Positions 1-8,901 of a stretch of DNA of 64,000 nt are shown piece after piece. The number at the start of each line of letters is the position of its first letter. The stretch's first letter is position 1. This DNA comes from an uncultured delta proteobacterium (GTDB lineage Bacteria; Desulfobacterota; Syntrophorhabdia; Syntrophorhabdales; WCHB1-27), in the NCBI GenBank assembly GCA_963810935.1, contig CAWEPK010000016.1:96001-160000 (forward strand), read 5' to 3'. The notes under the pieces were generated by a model that did no database searches, was not told where the DNA came from, and saw nothing but the letters and a program-made list of their open reading frames with translations. Made by a program: the position numbers and the translations under genes.

Positions 1-67
1 CCGAGTCTTTCCCAACTGCTAGTATAACATGAAATACCGCCCTCTTCAATCGGCGGTTGATGTAAGG

Positions 68-295
68 TCAGCGCGTCTGTTTTCCCGTTTTTTCCTGCTG
101 TCTGGGTATTTTCTTGCTGCACGGGTGGTTCTTATGAACGAGCACCTTCTTGCGCTTGCAGAAAAGGGCGGCGAAGGTCCTGCAGCTCCCCGCACCGTCG
201 ATGCCCGACATCTTCGGCATTTCGGCGTAGTCACAGGTGAGGTCGCAAAAATCGAAAAGGGTTTTTCCCGCTTTGCCGGTTGCCATTCCTTTCAA
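68..295 (-). CDS. Small Cys-rich hypothetical protein (possible metal-binding)
   Basis: 75-aa ORF with spaced Cys (CDLTC...SCRT...FCK...HPC). GGGAG SD about 8 nt before TTG; alternative ATG at 286. Confidence 0.55.
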   Translation of the reverse strand: MKGMATGKAGKTLFDFCDLTCDYAEMPKMSGIDGAGSCRTFAALFCKRKKVLVHKNHPCSKKIPRQQEKTGKQTR

Positions 296-300
296 CTTGT

Positions 301-330
301 GGTCTCCCTGCAGCTTGCTGCAGGGAGACC
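301..330. repeat. Perfect palindrome GGTCTCCCTGCAGC-TT-GCTGCAGGGAGACC
   Basis: Perfect 14-nt inverted arms followed by TTTTT on +. Same GC-TT-GC apex as the 431-458 hairpin. Confidence 0.7.
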
Positions 331-348
331 TTTTTCCGCTTCGCTCCG

Positions 349-458
349 TGACAATTATTGGGGTTCAGTACCCCCTCGCCGGGCAAAGCCCGGCGAGCCT
401 CCGCGCTCGGCGCGGCGCTACGCTTGCTTTAATACCCTGCTGCTTGCAGCAGGGTATT
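349..458 (-). repeat. ~110-bp multi-hairpin repeat, copy 1
   Basis: Reverse complement aligns ungapped to 5134-5242. Hairpins at 431-458, 375-397 and 360-374. Confidence 0.8.
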
Positions 459-554
459 TGCTTGGAATCTATCACAAAGCAGTTGAGAGGGCTACAAAAA
501 AATGGTAACGTGTGGAGGTTTTTCAGCGAGGGCTACAGGCAAGGCCGGCAATCT

Positions 555-2126
555 ATGGCGAACAAAAAGACGGTCGAAGAAGCGCTCAGACAGGCGGAGG
601 AGAAGTACCGTAATATATATGAGAACGCTATCGAAGGCATCTTCCAGACGTCGCCGGAAGGACGTTTTATAAGCGCGAACCCCGCCCTGGCCCGTATACT
701 CGGCTACGATTCCCCGGAAGAGTTGATGGAAGGGGTGAGAGACGTAGCGAAGCAGGTTTATATCAGAGAGGGCCAAAGGCAGGAGTACGTGCGCCTCATG
801 GAGGCCGAAGGGCTCGCCCGCAACTTCGAGGCAGAAGTCTGTTGCAGGGACGGGAGCGTCCGGTGGGTCTCGCTGAACGCCAGGGCCGTGCACAATGCAG
901 AGGGCAGCGTACTTTACTACGAAGGCACGATGGAAAGCATCACCGAGCGTAAGAAGCTGGAGGCACAGCTTCTGCACGCCGAGAGGATGCAGAGCGTCGG
1001 CAACCTCGCCGGCGGGGTGGCGCACGACTTCAACAACATACTAACGACCGTCATGGGATATTGCAGCCTTATTTTGATGAAGGCAGGTCCCGATAACCAG
1101 CTTGCGGGCTACGTCAACCAGATCATGGAGGCGGCGGAAAGGGCGAGCGCCCTCACACAGAACCTCCTCGCCTTCAGCCGCAGGCAGCCTATAGAGACAA
1201 AGGCGGTCGACGTCAACGAATCGATGAAGGTCGTCGGAAAGCTCCTGCGAAGGATCATCGGCGAAGACATAGAGCTGAGGACTTCCCTTTCGAAAGAGAA
1301 GCTGACCGTCCTGATCGGCGAGGGTCAGATAGGGCAGATATTGATGAACCTCGCGACGAACGCGAGGGACGCCATGCCGGCAGGCGGCATCCTCAGTATA
1401 AAGACCGAGAAAGTACACCTGGGCGGCGGCGTCGCGAAGGCGTACGACGGCATGGAAGGCGCCTGCGCCTGCATTGAGGTCTCCGATACCGGGAGCGGCA
1501 TGAACGAGAGCGTCAAGGACCAGATATTCGATCCCTTCTTTACGACGAAAGAGGTGGGGAAGGGTACCGGGCTCGGCCTGTCCATCGTCTATGGGATCGT
1601 CAGCCAGAACAAGGGCCGGGTCGATGTCGAAAGCCGGCCGGGCAGCGGCACGACATTCACCATATACCTTCCCCTGACCGAGCCTGCCTCTTCGTCGCTA
1701 ACCCCCGAGGGGAAGGAGGAGCTGCGGGGCGGCAACGAGGTCATACTGGTTGCCGAGGACAATAAGGACGTGAGGCAGATCGTAACCACCGTGTTGCACG
1801 ACTTCGGTTATGTGGTGATAGAAGCCGCCGACGGCGTCGAGGCGGTCGAAAAGTTCAAAGAACAGAAAGAGGCGGTGGACCTGCTGCTCTTCGACATCAT
1901 CATGCCGAGGAAGAACGGCAAAGACGCTTATCTGGAGTTGAAGGAGATAAGGCCCGACATAAGGGCTATCTTTATGAGCGGATACACGGGCGACATCCTG
2001 TCGAGAAAGGGGATCGGAAGGGAAGGGGTCCCGGTTATCTCGAAGCCCGTAGTCATCGAGAAGCTCCTGAGGCAGATCCGCGATATCCTCGACACGAAAC
2101 CCGCCCAGTTGACGCTATTTCCGTAA
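555..2126 (+). CDS. PAS-domain hybrid sensor histidine kinase/response regulator
   Basis: PAS (YRNIYENAIEGIF), H-box AHDFNN, N-box NLATNARDAM, G boxes DTGSGM and GKGTGLGL, C-terminal REC (AEDN, DIIMP, K). ORF track starts at 237, but that extension crosses the repeat; ATG 555 chosen. Confidence 0.9.
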   Translation: MANKKTVEEALRQAEEKYRNIYENAIEGIFQTSPEGRFISANPALARILGYDSPEELMEGVRDVAKQVYIREGQRQEYVRLMEAEGLARNFEAEVCCRDGSVRWVSLNARAVHNAEGSVLYYEGTMESITERKKLEAQLLHAERMQSVGNLAGGVAHDFNNILTTVMGYCSLILMKAGPDNQLAGYVNQIMEAAERASALTQNLLAFSRRQPIETKAVDVNESMKVVGKLLRRIIGEDIELRTSLSKEKLTVLIGEGQIGQILMNLATNARDAMPAGGILSIKTEKVHLGGGVAKAYDGMEGACACIEVSDTGSGMNESVKDQIFDPFFTTKEVGKGTGLGLSIVYGIVSQNKGRVDVESRPGSGTTFTIYLPLTEPASSSLTPEGKEELRGGNEVILVAEDNKDVRQIVTTVLHDFGYVVIEAADGVEAVEKFKEQKEAVDLLLFDIIMPRKNGKDAYLELKEIRPDIRAIFMSGYTGDILSRKGIGREGVPVISKPVVIEKLLRQIRDILDTKPAQLTLFP

Positions 2127-2140
2127 TTAAGTATTCTGCT

Positions 2141-3142
2141 TTACGGGACCAGGACTGCCGCGCCCTGTATGTTGCCGTCGCGCAGGGCGCTCAGCGCCTC
2201 ATTAGCCGCCTCCAGCGGGAATGGGTGCACCTCCGTCCTCACAGGCACCTCCGGCGCCATTGCCAGGAACTCCTCGCCGTCCTGCCTGGTCAAATTCGCC
2301 ACCGAGCGTACCACCCTCTCCTCCCAGAGCAGATGGTAGGGGAATGATGGGATATCGGACATATGGATGCCCGCGCAGACCACCGTACCGCCCCTTGCAG
2401 TGCTTTTAAGCGCCTCGACTACGAGCGGACCGACGGGTGCGAAGATAATGGCTGCATCGAGGGGCACGGGCGGCCTCGACGTCGAATCGCCGGTCCAGAC
2501 AGCGCCCAGGCTCTCCGCGAAGGACCGGGCTTGCGCATCGCCGGGCTTCGTGAAGGCGTAGATTTCTTTGCCCTGGTGGGCGGCAACCTGGGCTATGATG
2601 TGGGCGGCCGCGCCGAACCCGTAAATGCCGAGCTTTGCGATGTCTTTGCCCATCATCCGATACGATCTGTAGCCTATGAGTCCGGCGCATAAAAGCGGCG
2701 CTGCTTCGGTATCGCCGTAAATGGCGGGCAGATGGAAGCAATACCGGTGGTCGGCGACTGTGTACTCGGCATAGCCGCCGTCGATGGTGTAGCCCGTGAA
2801 AAGGGCATTGTCGCACAGGTTTTCATGGCCTGCCCGGCACGGAGGACAATGGCCGCAGGTGAACCCGAGCCACGGGATGCCGATCCGGTCGCCCGTCCGG
2901 AAACCGGAGGCCTTATCGCCCGTTTTGACCACCGTGCCGACGATCTCATGCCCCGGTATTAAAGGAAGCTTGGGGTGGGTAAGCTCACCGTCCACAACAT
3001 GGAGGTCGGTCCTGCAGACGCCGCACGCACGGACCTGCACGAGCACCTGCCCGGGCCCCGGCGCAGGGATTGGGACGTTTCTTGCGGCGAGCGGCCCGCC
3101 CGCCTCTTCGAGCACCATGGCCCGCATTGTTTCGGTCTCCAT
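2141..3142 (-). CDS. Zinc-dependent alcohol dehydrogenase family protein
   Basis: GVCRTD, GHE, structural-Zn CGHCPPC...C, GFGAAA nucleotide-binding variant. Confidence 0.92.
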   Translation of the reverse strand: METETMRAMVLEEAGGPLAARNVPIPAPGPGQVLVQVRACGVCRTDLHVVDGELTHPKLPLIPGHEIVGTVVKTGDKASGFRTGDRIGIPWLGFTCGHCPPCRAGHENLCDNALFTGYTIDGGYAEYTVADHRYCFHLPAIYGDTEAAPLLCAGLIGYRSYRMMGKDIAKLGIYGFGAAAHIIAQVAAHQGKEIYAFTKPGDAQARSFAESLGAVWTGDSTSRPPVPLDAAIIFAPVGPLVVEALKSTARGGTVVCAGIHMSDIPSFPYHLLWEERVVRSVANLTRQDGEEFLAMAPEVPVRTEVHPFPLEAANEALSALRDGNIQGAAVLVP

Positions 3143-3288
3143 GCCTCTCAACTTCCCTTTTGCTACATTTTAAACCGTTTTTGAGGGGTGGACAAGGGCC
3201 GGGGCCGAAGGTGCTCGATCTTTATGATGATAGAAATAAGGCCGGACGCGGATAGCTGCGCCACCCGCGCCCGGCCCGTTGCCCGATA

Positions 3289-4926
3289 TTACTCCGTCTT
3301 GAAGCTTTCGACCGCCTTTTGCAGGTTCGCGGCGAGCACGGAAAGCCCTTTGGCCGCCCCCGAGATATCCTCGGCGGAAGCAAAGTTGTCTTTTGTAATG
3401 CCCGAGATCTGGTTCATGTCCCTAGTTATCTCTTCGGTTGTCGCATACATTTCTTCAATGGCTGTCGCTATCTGGTGCACGTCACTGTAAAGGTTGTCGA
3501 TGCTGGTGATGATATGCTCCAGTGCGGATTGCGCGTGCGATGAATATTCGACTCCCGTCACCACGTTTTCCTTTGCCATGTCCATGGAGCCGACCGTCTT
3601 TTCAACGCCCACCCTGATGGTGGTTATCATATCGCCTATCTCTTTCGTAGAAGCCGAGGTTCTCTCTGCCAGCTTTTTCACCTCGTCCGCCACTACTGCA
3701 AACCCACGCCCGTGCTCTCCGGCGCGGGCCGCCTCTATGGCTGCGTTGAGGGCGAGGAGGTTTGTCTGGTCGGCTATCTCGTTGATCGTCGTCACGATGT
3801 TTCCGATCCGCTCGGACTGTATGCCGAGGTCTTTCACGAAGCCCAGGGCCGTCTCTACAGTCTGGGCAATCACCTTCACCTCACTGATCGCCTTGTCGAC
3901 GACCTCGCGGCCGCCTTTTGCGATCTTGACGGCCTCGCCGGCCGACTGCTCCACCTTGCTGGAATTCTTGGCTATGTCGTCGGAGGTCTGGTTCATCTGC
4001 GTCGAGCCCGCCGCAACCTGGGACGCCCTTTCCACCTGCTCCATGGCATTCTTTGATAGCTTATCCGCCGAAACGCTGAGCTGGGTGCTTGCCGATGCGA
4101 CGTTGGTCGCCGAGAACGTCACTTCTTTGAGAGTCCGGCCTAGATTGGCGTTCATTTCCTGCATGGACCGCGCGAAGATGCCCATCTCATCCTTCCGTTT
4201 AATCGCGTGCTCCGAAACATGTATGGAGAAATCGCCCTTTGCCATCAGGTCTATATGATTGGACGAGCGGAGAATAGGCATCGTGATGCTGTGGGTGATG
4301 GCCTTGGAAAGCCATGCCCCTACGAGGATAGTCAGGAGGCCGAGGACCAGGAAGATCACGCGTGCGGACGAGACGCTTTTCGTTATGCCGGAAAGCTCCC
4401 GGGAGATTACCCCGGCACGGTTCTCCACGATCCGGTCGGCCGTACCCATGTAACTTTCGATTGTCTTTACGGTATCGCCGTATTTGGCCGTTGCTTCGGC
4501 AGTCTGGCCGGACATGGCGAGCTCGATCAGGGCGTTGTTCGCTTCTTTGCCTTTTTGGACATCTTCCCTGAATTTCGTTATCAACTGCCTGCCGGCCTCG
4601 TCGGTCATCGATTTTTCGAGGTATGCCATGTTGGCTATGTAGCCGGCCCTGAGCGCCTCTATCCGTTCCTTCGCTTCTTCCCTGGCGGCGAGGTCCGGGC
4701 TCGTGGTTATGCGCCCTAACTGGAACGTAATATCGGAGAGTGCGGTCCTCATCTCCGTCGCGTTACGGAGGCCGGGGTTTCCCACCTTATCGAGCTGCCT
4801 GACGTCCCCGTTGATACCGGAGACACAGAGCATGCCTATGACGACCATGCCGGCCGCCAGCGCAAGTGTTATGCCGAACGCGATTCCCAGTCTCTGCCCT
4901 ATTTTGGCGTCCGTAAAGAGTCTCAT
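3289..4926 (-). CDS. Methyl-accepting chemotaxis protein
   Basis: Two TM helices around a periplasmic domain, HAMP (DEMG), signalling signature [33 protein letters not shown]. Confidence 0.95.
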   Translation of the reverse strand: MRLFTDAKIGQRLGIAFGITLALAAGMVVIGMLCVSGINGDVRQLDKVGNPGLRNATEMRTALSDITFQLGRITTSPDLAAREEAKERIEALRAGYIANMAYLEKSMTDEAGRQLITKFREDVQKGKEANNALIELAMSGQTAEATAKYGDTVKTIESYMGTADRIVENRAGVISRELSGITKSVSSARVIFLVLGLLTILVGAWLSKAITHSITMPILRSSNHIDLMAKGDFSIHVSEHAIKRKDEMGIFARSMQEMNANLGRTLKEVTFSATNVASASTQLSVSADKLSKNAMEQVERASQVAAGSTQMNQTSDDIAKNSSKVEQSAGEAVKIAKGGREVVDKAISEVKVIAQTVETALGFVKDLGIQSERIGNIVTTINEIADQTNLLALNAAIEAARAGEHGRGFAVVADEVKKLAERTSASTKEIGDMITTIRVGVEKTVGSMDMAKENVVTGVEYSSHAQSALEHIITSIDNLYSDVHQIATAIEEMYATTEEITRDMNQISGITKDNFASAEDISGAAKGLSVLAANLQKAVESFKTE

Positions 4927-5028
4927 CCGTGGAGCCCCCTTCAAATAATAGTATTTTCAGCCCCGCCGCCGGTGTCGCTTCTGGCGGTCACATTGTACAC
5001 AATGGAGGCGGTCTGGAAGTTTATCGTC

Positions 5029-5056
5029 TCTTCGGCAGATTCTATTAAGATGGTTA
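5029..5056 (-). promoter_or_regulatory. Possible sigma28 (FliA) promoter for the MCP
   Basis: Minus strand TAAC-N16-GCCGAAGA versus consensus TAAA-N15/16-GCCGATAA, about 100 bp upstream of a chemoreceptor. Confidence 0.3.
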
Positions 5057-5133
5057 ACGGTTTTTTAACAAAAGGCCGGCCGAAAAAAACGCGACCGGGC
5101 TGCGCGTGCCCGGAAGTGCTATTTTTTTAATAG

Positions 5134-5242
5134 ATGACCCGGCTGCAAGCAGCAGGGTCATAAAGCGAGCGTATGCGAAGGCCGAACCGGGAGGCTCCAC
5201 GGGCTTTGCTCGTGGAGGGGGCGCTGAGCCCCGATAATTTCA
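5134..5242 (+). repeat. ~110-bp multi-hairpin repeat, copy 2
   Basis: Matches the reverse complement of 349-458 with compensatory stem changes. Ends about 8 bp before the IS200 left end. Confidence 0.8.
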
Positions 5243-5249
5243 TTCTGGT

Positions 5250-5892
5250 AAACCCCCGGCTCTGCCGGGGGAATCCCGGAGTTTGACAATTCCGGGAATA
5301 TATAGGAAAGCCTCCTGTATCCGTGAACCGTTTAGGCGGTCGGCAGAGTTAAGGAGGCTTTCGGTGGAAGATATTCAGAGCTTATGTCATACGGTATGGG
5401 ATTGCAAGTATCATGTGGTGTGGATTCCGAAGTACCGGAAAAAGGTACTATACGGGAATCTCAGGAAGGAGCTAGGGCCCATCATCAAGGAGGCTGGCGC
5501 GGCAGAAGGAGAGCGAGGTGTTGGAGGGGAAACTGGTAGTGGACCACGTCCACGTGTTGCTCTCGGTTCCCCCAAAGTATGCCGTTGCCCAGGTGGTAGG
5601 CTTTATCAAAGGGAAGAGCGCGATCTACATAGCCCGGATGAGCGGCAGGAGACGCAACTTCGTAGGTCAGAGCTTTTGGGCCAGAGGTTATTGCGTATCG
5701 ACCATAGGGTTGGACGAGCAAGCCATACGAGCGTACATCCAAGCCCAGGAAGAGACAGATCGAAGGCTCGACCAGATGAAACTGTTTGAGAAGGACAAAT
5801 AGCTGCCTTTAGGCAGCTAACGCACAACTAACCGCTTTGAGCGGTTCACGGTTTTAACAAACCCCCGGCTTTGCCGGGGGTAGATGATTGAC
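5250..5892 (+). mobile_element. IS200-like element (IS200/IS605 family, tnpA only)
   Basis: Subterminal hairpins CCCCCGGC-TCT-GCCGGGGG (5253-5271) and CCCCCGGC-TTT-GCCGGGGG (5862-5880) flank a Y1 transposase. No tnpB. Exact ends approximate. Confidence 0.88.
5364..5802 (+). pseudogene. tnpA: Y1 (HUH) transposase TnpA with +1 frameshift
   Basis: SD AAGGAGG then GTG 5364. CKYHVVWIPKYR in one frame; HUH DHVHVL, KGKSA, FWARGY and catalytic YI in the next frame. Extra G near 5493. Confidence 0.85.
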
Positions 5893-5971
5893 AATGAAGC
5901 CGCCGGGCATTAGATAGAAAACGGAGCAGGCTGCATTAACGGAGAAGAAAATGAAGGAGCGGAAGGGGGCA

Positions 5972-6691
5972 ATGGTCTCTGGGCAAGTAACACGAAGACA
6001 TTTTCTGGCGACCTCAGGCACGCTCGCCGCAGTCTTTACCGCTGCCGGGGCGACCGGGCTGCTTTTACGGAGGGAGGCGGCCGGCGAGGAAAAACAGGCG
6101 GATATATCACCCGTGGAAGACCTGATGCGCGAGCACGGGGTATTGAGACGGCTCCTCTTTGTATACGAGAACTGGGTTTTCAGGCTCGCCCGGACGGGGG
6201 AAGACAAAATGGGCACCCTCTTCGAAGCGGCCAACCTTATCCGGTCTTTCGTCGAGGAATACCATGAAAAGCTTGAGGAGGACTACATATTCCCCGTCAT
6301 GAAGAAGGCGGGGAATATGGCGAGCCTGGTGGATGTCCTGCTCGCACAGCACCAGGCGGGAAGGCGCCTTACGGAAAACGTCCTCCGGTTCGCCGGTAGA
6401 AGCTCGGTCAAGGACCTCAGCGGCCGGCGCAGCCTATCGAACAACCTGCTAGAGTTCATCCGCATGTACCGCCCCCACGCTGCACGCGAAGACACCGTGC
6501 TCTTTTCCGCCTTCCGTGGGGCGGTCGAAGAGGGCGAGTATGAAAGGCTCGGCGACCTGTTCGAAAAGAAAGAGGACAGCCTTTTCGGGGAAAAGGGGTT
6601 CGAGCGGGTGGTCGGCCGGGTCGCCTCCATAGAAAAGATGCTCGGCATCTACGACCTCGCCCAGTTCACGCCGCGCAATTACTGGGGCTAG
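5972..6691 (+). CDS. Hemerythrin/HHE cation-binding protein with twin-arginine signal
   Basis: TRRHFL plus hydrophobic stretch. Motifs LMREHG, YHEKLEEDYIFP, QHQAGR, PHAAREDTVLF. Confidence 0.85.
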   Translation: MVSGQVTRRHFLATSGTLAAVFTAAGATGLLLRREAAGEEKQADISPVEDLMREHGVLRRLLFVYENWVFRLARTGEDKMGTLFEAANLIRSFVEEYHEKLEEDYIFPVMKKAGNMASLVDVLLAQHQAGRRLTENVLRFAGRSSVKDLSGRRSLSNNLLEFIRMYRPHAAREDTVLFSAFRGAVEEGEYERLGDLFEKKEDSLFGEKGFERVVGRVASIEKMLGIYDLAQFTPRNYWG

Positions 6692-6715
6692 CGTCGCCCC
6701 CTCCACGAGCAAAGC
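6676..6715 (-). repeat. Partial copy 3 of the structured repeat
   Basis: CGCCCCCTCCACGAGCAAAGC (6695-6715) is the exact 21-nt reverse complement of part of copy 2, preceded by CAATTACTGGGGC as in copy 1. 6689-6708 is repeated directly at 6792-6811. Confidence 0.65.
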
Positions 6716-6841
6716 TCGCCGGGGTACCCGCTTTAGCGGGTCGTCCCCCTCATGAAAAGGAAGAAACGTGTTATCCCTCTGGTTCGGTGGATAGCGTCGC
6801 CCCCTCCACGACAGCCAATTGCGGCGGGCGCGCAAATGCGC

Positions 6842-6878
6842 AAAATAAAGGGACCCTCCGCTTTAGCCGGAGGGTCCC
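6842..6878 (-). terminator. Rho-independent terminator for the decarboxylase genes
   Basis: GGGACCCTCCG/CGGAGGGTCCC 11-bp stem followed by TTTATTTT on the minus strand. Confidence 0.75.
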
Positions 6879-6908
6879 TCGTTAAAAGGCGACCGAAATG
6901 GTGCGTCT

Positions 6909-7415
6909 TTAGGCTTTGCCTGTGGCCTGTTTCTTCGAGAATGCACTCTTCATTATAGCACTGTTGATGTTGAGCAGTACCCAGAGGATGCACAGTACCA
7001 GGAAGACGCCGGCGAACCGGATAAGGAGCGTGCTCAATATCCAGGTGAAGTTATCGCGCACGATCTTGACCGTGGTTGTCGGACCGCCGGTCTTGGAGAT
7101 GCCTATCGAATGCCAGTTGGCCGCGCCCTGGTCCTCGATATACATCTGGTCCTTCCAGTCGCGGTACTTGGTGAACTCGATATTCATCTGCTGGTCTCTG
7201 TAATCCTTCAGCGCATTTTTGTACCAGGCCAGCACTTTGTCGTACGGCTCGTTGTATTCGATGTAGACCGCCGTGCTCTCCGTCTTGACGATTTTGCCGC
7301 CGGCCATCACGGGTGCCCCCCATGGCGCCGTGCCGGAGGCGAAGCCGTAAGAAGAAGCGGGCAGGAGCGCCGCTGCGAGCACCACGACTGCTATTATTGA
7401 TAGTATGGTCTTCAT
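6909..7415 (-). CDS. OadG/GcdD-like (gamma/delta) membrane subunit with N-terminal exported domain
   Basis: Signal peptide, soluble domain, then a C-terminal TM RFAGVFLVLCILWVLL resembling the OadG GxVFxxL anchor. Lies 9 bp downstream of the beta subunit. Confidence 0.55.
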   Translation of the reverse strand: MKTILSIIAVVVLAAALLPASSYGFASGTAPWGAPVMAGGKIVKTESTAVYIEYNEPYDKVLAWYKNALKDYRDQQMNIEFTKYRDWKDQMYIEDQGAANWHSIGISKTGGPTTTVKIVRDNFTWILSTLLIRFAGVFLVLCILWVLLNINSAIMKSAFSKKQATGKA

Positions 7416-7424
7416 TAGCGCCTC

Positions 7425-8579
7425 CTACTCGAACATGGATATGAGCATGCCCGCCGCCGCAGGAGAGCCGATGGAACCGGCAAGGCAGGCGGCCATGGCG
7501 TGCATAAGCAGGTAATTTTTCTTGTCATACTGCTGGCCTATGACCTGGGACAGCCTCGGCGACATGGGGAGGGCCGAGACGCCGCTGTTTCCGATAAGCG
7601 GATTGATCTTCTCTTTTGCTACCAGGTTGATGACCTTTACGGTCAGAATGCCGCCGGCCGTGCAGACGACGAAGTCGAGGAGACCGAGGAGAAAGACCAT
7701 AATAGGCTTATAAGTCAGGAAGATGTGCGCCTGCATCGAAGCGCCGATGCTGAGGCCCAGGAAGATCGTAACGATGTCCATGAGGGAGTTGGAAGCCGTG
7801 TCGGTAAGCCTCTTCACCACGCCGCTGACCCTCATGAGGTTGCCGAACATGAGCATGCCCATAAGGGGCATGACGGCAGGCACCATCAGGGCGATTATCC
7901 CGCCGCATATGAGAGGGAAGAGAACGAGCTCCGTCCTGGAGCACTTTCTCACGATCTTCATCTTGATGAGCCTTTCCTTGCTGCTCGTCATTGCCCGCAT
8001 GATCGGGGCCTGTATGATAGGTACCATGGACATGTAGGAGTATGCGGCCAGTGCGTTTGCTGAGAGAAGGTGGGGCGCCAGCTTCGCCGTCAGGTAAATC
8101 GTGGTAGGGCCGTCCGCGCCGCCGATGATGCCGACCGAGGCTGCCTCTTTAATGGTGAAGCCGGCCATGATCGTCCCGGTGAAGGTCACAAAGACACCCA
8201 ACTGCGCACCCGCACCGATGAGGAGCATCTTGGGGTTCGAGATGAGCGGCTCGAAGTCCGTCATCGCCCCAAGTCCCAGGAATATGAGACAGGGGATCAC
8301 CTCCCAGATGATGCCGTACTTGTAGAAGAACTGGAGCAGTTGCGGGTGGCCCTCCTGAAACCCGAACAGCGGCGTGTTCGGGAAGTTCACGAGAAATATG
8401 CCGAACCCGATCGGCAGAAGAAGCAACGGCTCAAAGTCCTTGACTATGGCCATATACAGGAAGAAACAGCCGACCGCCCACATAAAGACATATTTCCAGC
8501 CGATTACCGTGAAAAGTGCCGGGAAGCCGGTCGTCTGCATTGTGCCGACGAGCAGGTCCCAAATCTCGTTGAAACTCAT
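7425..8579 (-). CDS. Na+-translocating biotin-dependent decarboxylase beta subunit (OadB/GcdB/MmdB family)
   Basis: FEPLLLLPIGFG, GAMTDF, VGIIGGADGPT, AAYSYM, NPLIG..GVSA.P...R motifs; polytopic membrane protein. Confidence 0.95.
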   Translation of the reverse strand: MSFNEIWDLLVGTMQTTGFPALFTVIGWKYVFMWAVGCFFLYMAIVKDFEPLLLLPIGFGIFLVNFPNTPLFGFQEGHPQLLQFFYKYGIIWEVIPCLIFLGLGAMTDFEPLISNPKMLLIGAGAQLGVFVTFTGTIMAGFTIKEAASVGIIGGADGPTTIYLTAKLAPHLLSANALAAYSYMSMVPIIQAPIMRAMTSSKERLIKMKIVRKCSRTELVLFPLICGGIIALMVPAVMPLMGMLMFGNLMRVSGVVKRLTDTASNSLMDIVTIFLGLSIGASMQAHIFLTYKPIMVFLLGLLDFVVCTAGGILTVKVINLVAKEKINPLIGNSGVSALPMSPRLSQVIGQQYDKKNYLLMHAMAACLAGSIGSPAAAGMLISMFE

Positions 8580-8696
8580 GACAAGCTCCTCTCAAAATTT
8601 TTTGATTGGCTCTTTAGACCCATGGAAATCCCCAAGAACGGTTATTCCTGTACGAATGCACGAAAAGCCCGCCGGCAACGTCTATACTAATGAAAA

Positions 8697-8746
8697 TTAT
8701 CACAAACTGTGACAAGCATATATAACATTCCGCAAAGATATGTCAA
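8697..8746 (-). promoter_or_regulatory. Sigma70 promoter plus downstream palindromic operator for the decarboxylase beta gene
   Basis: Minus strand TTGACA (8746-8741), 16 nt, TATATA with extended TG. Inverted repeat TTATCACA-AAC-TGTGACAA at 8697-8715. Confidence 0.45.
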
Positions 8747-8865
8747 TCGATTTTTTTTGAGGAACGGCGATTTTGCAGGCAGGCTGCCGGCGTAAAAGCG
8801 GCGTGAAAAACGAAAGTTGCCATGCGTCTCGAGCCGTCCCTGCCGGAACGCGCTGTTTTTAAGGT

Positions 8866-8894
8866 TTGCTTTTTTTCGCCAAACTATTTATCAT
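8866..8894 (+). promoter_or_regulatory. Sigma70 promoter of the ferredoxin-pyrRBC operon
   Basis: TTGCTT-N17-TATCAT with the ATG 7 nt after the -10 box. Confidence 0.6.
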
Positions 8895-8901
8895 AACCGA
8901 G

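Noticed and set aside
29..508. 159-aa plus-strand ORF and the 237-554 extension of the kinase
   Set aside because: They run through palindromic repeats and overlap a more credible minus-strand ORF; no domain motifs.
5803..5950. TnpB/IscB or omega-RNA associated with the IS200 element
   Set aside because: The right-end hairpin follows tnpA directly; no RuvC-type ORF is present.
6689..6811. Two 20-bp direct repeats as a mini-CRISPR
   Set aside because: Only two units, an 83-bp gap, no cas genes, and the sequence belongs to the structured repeat family.
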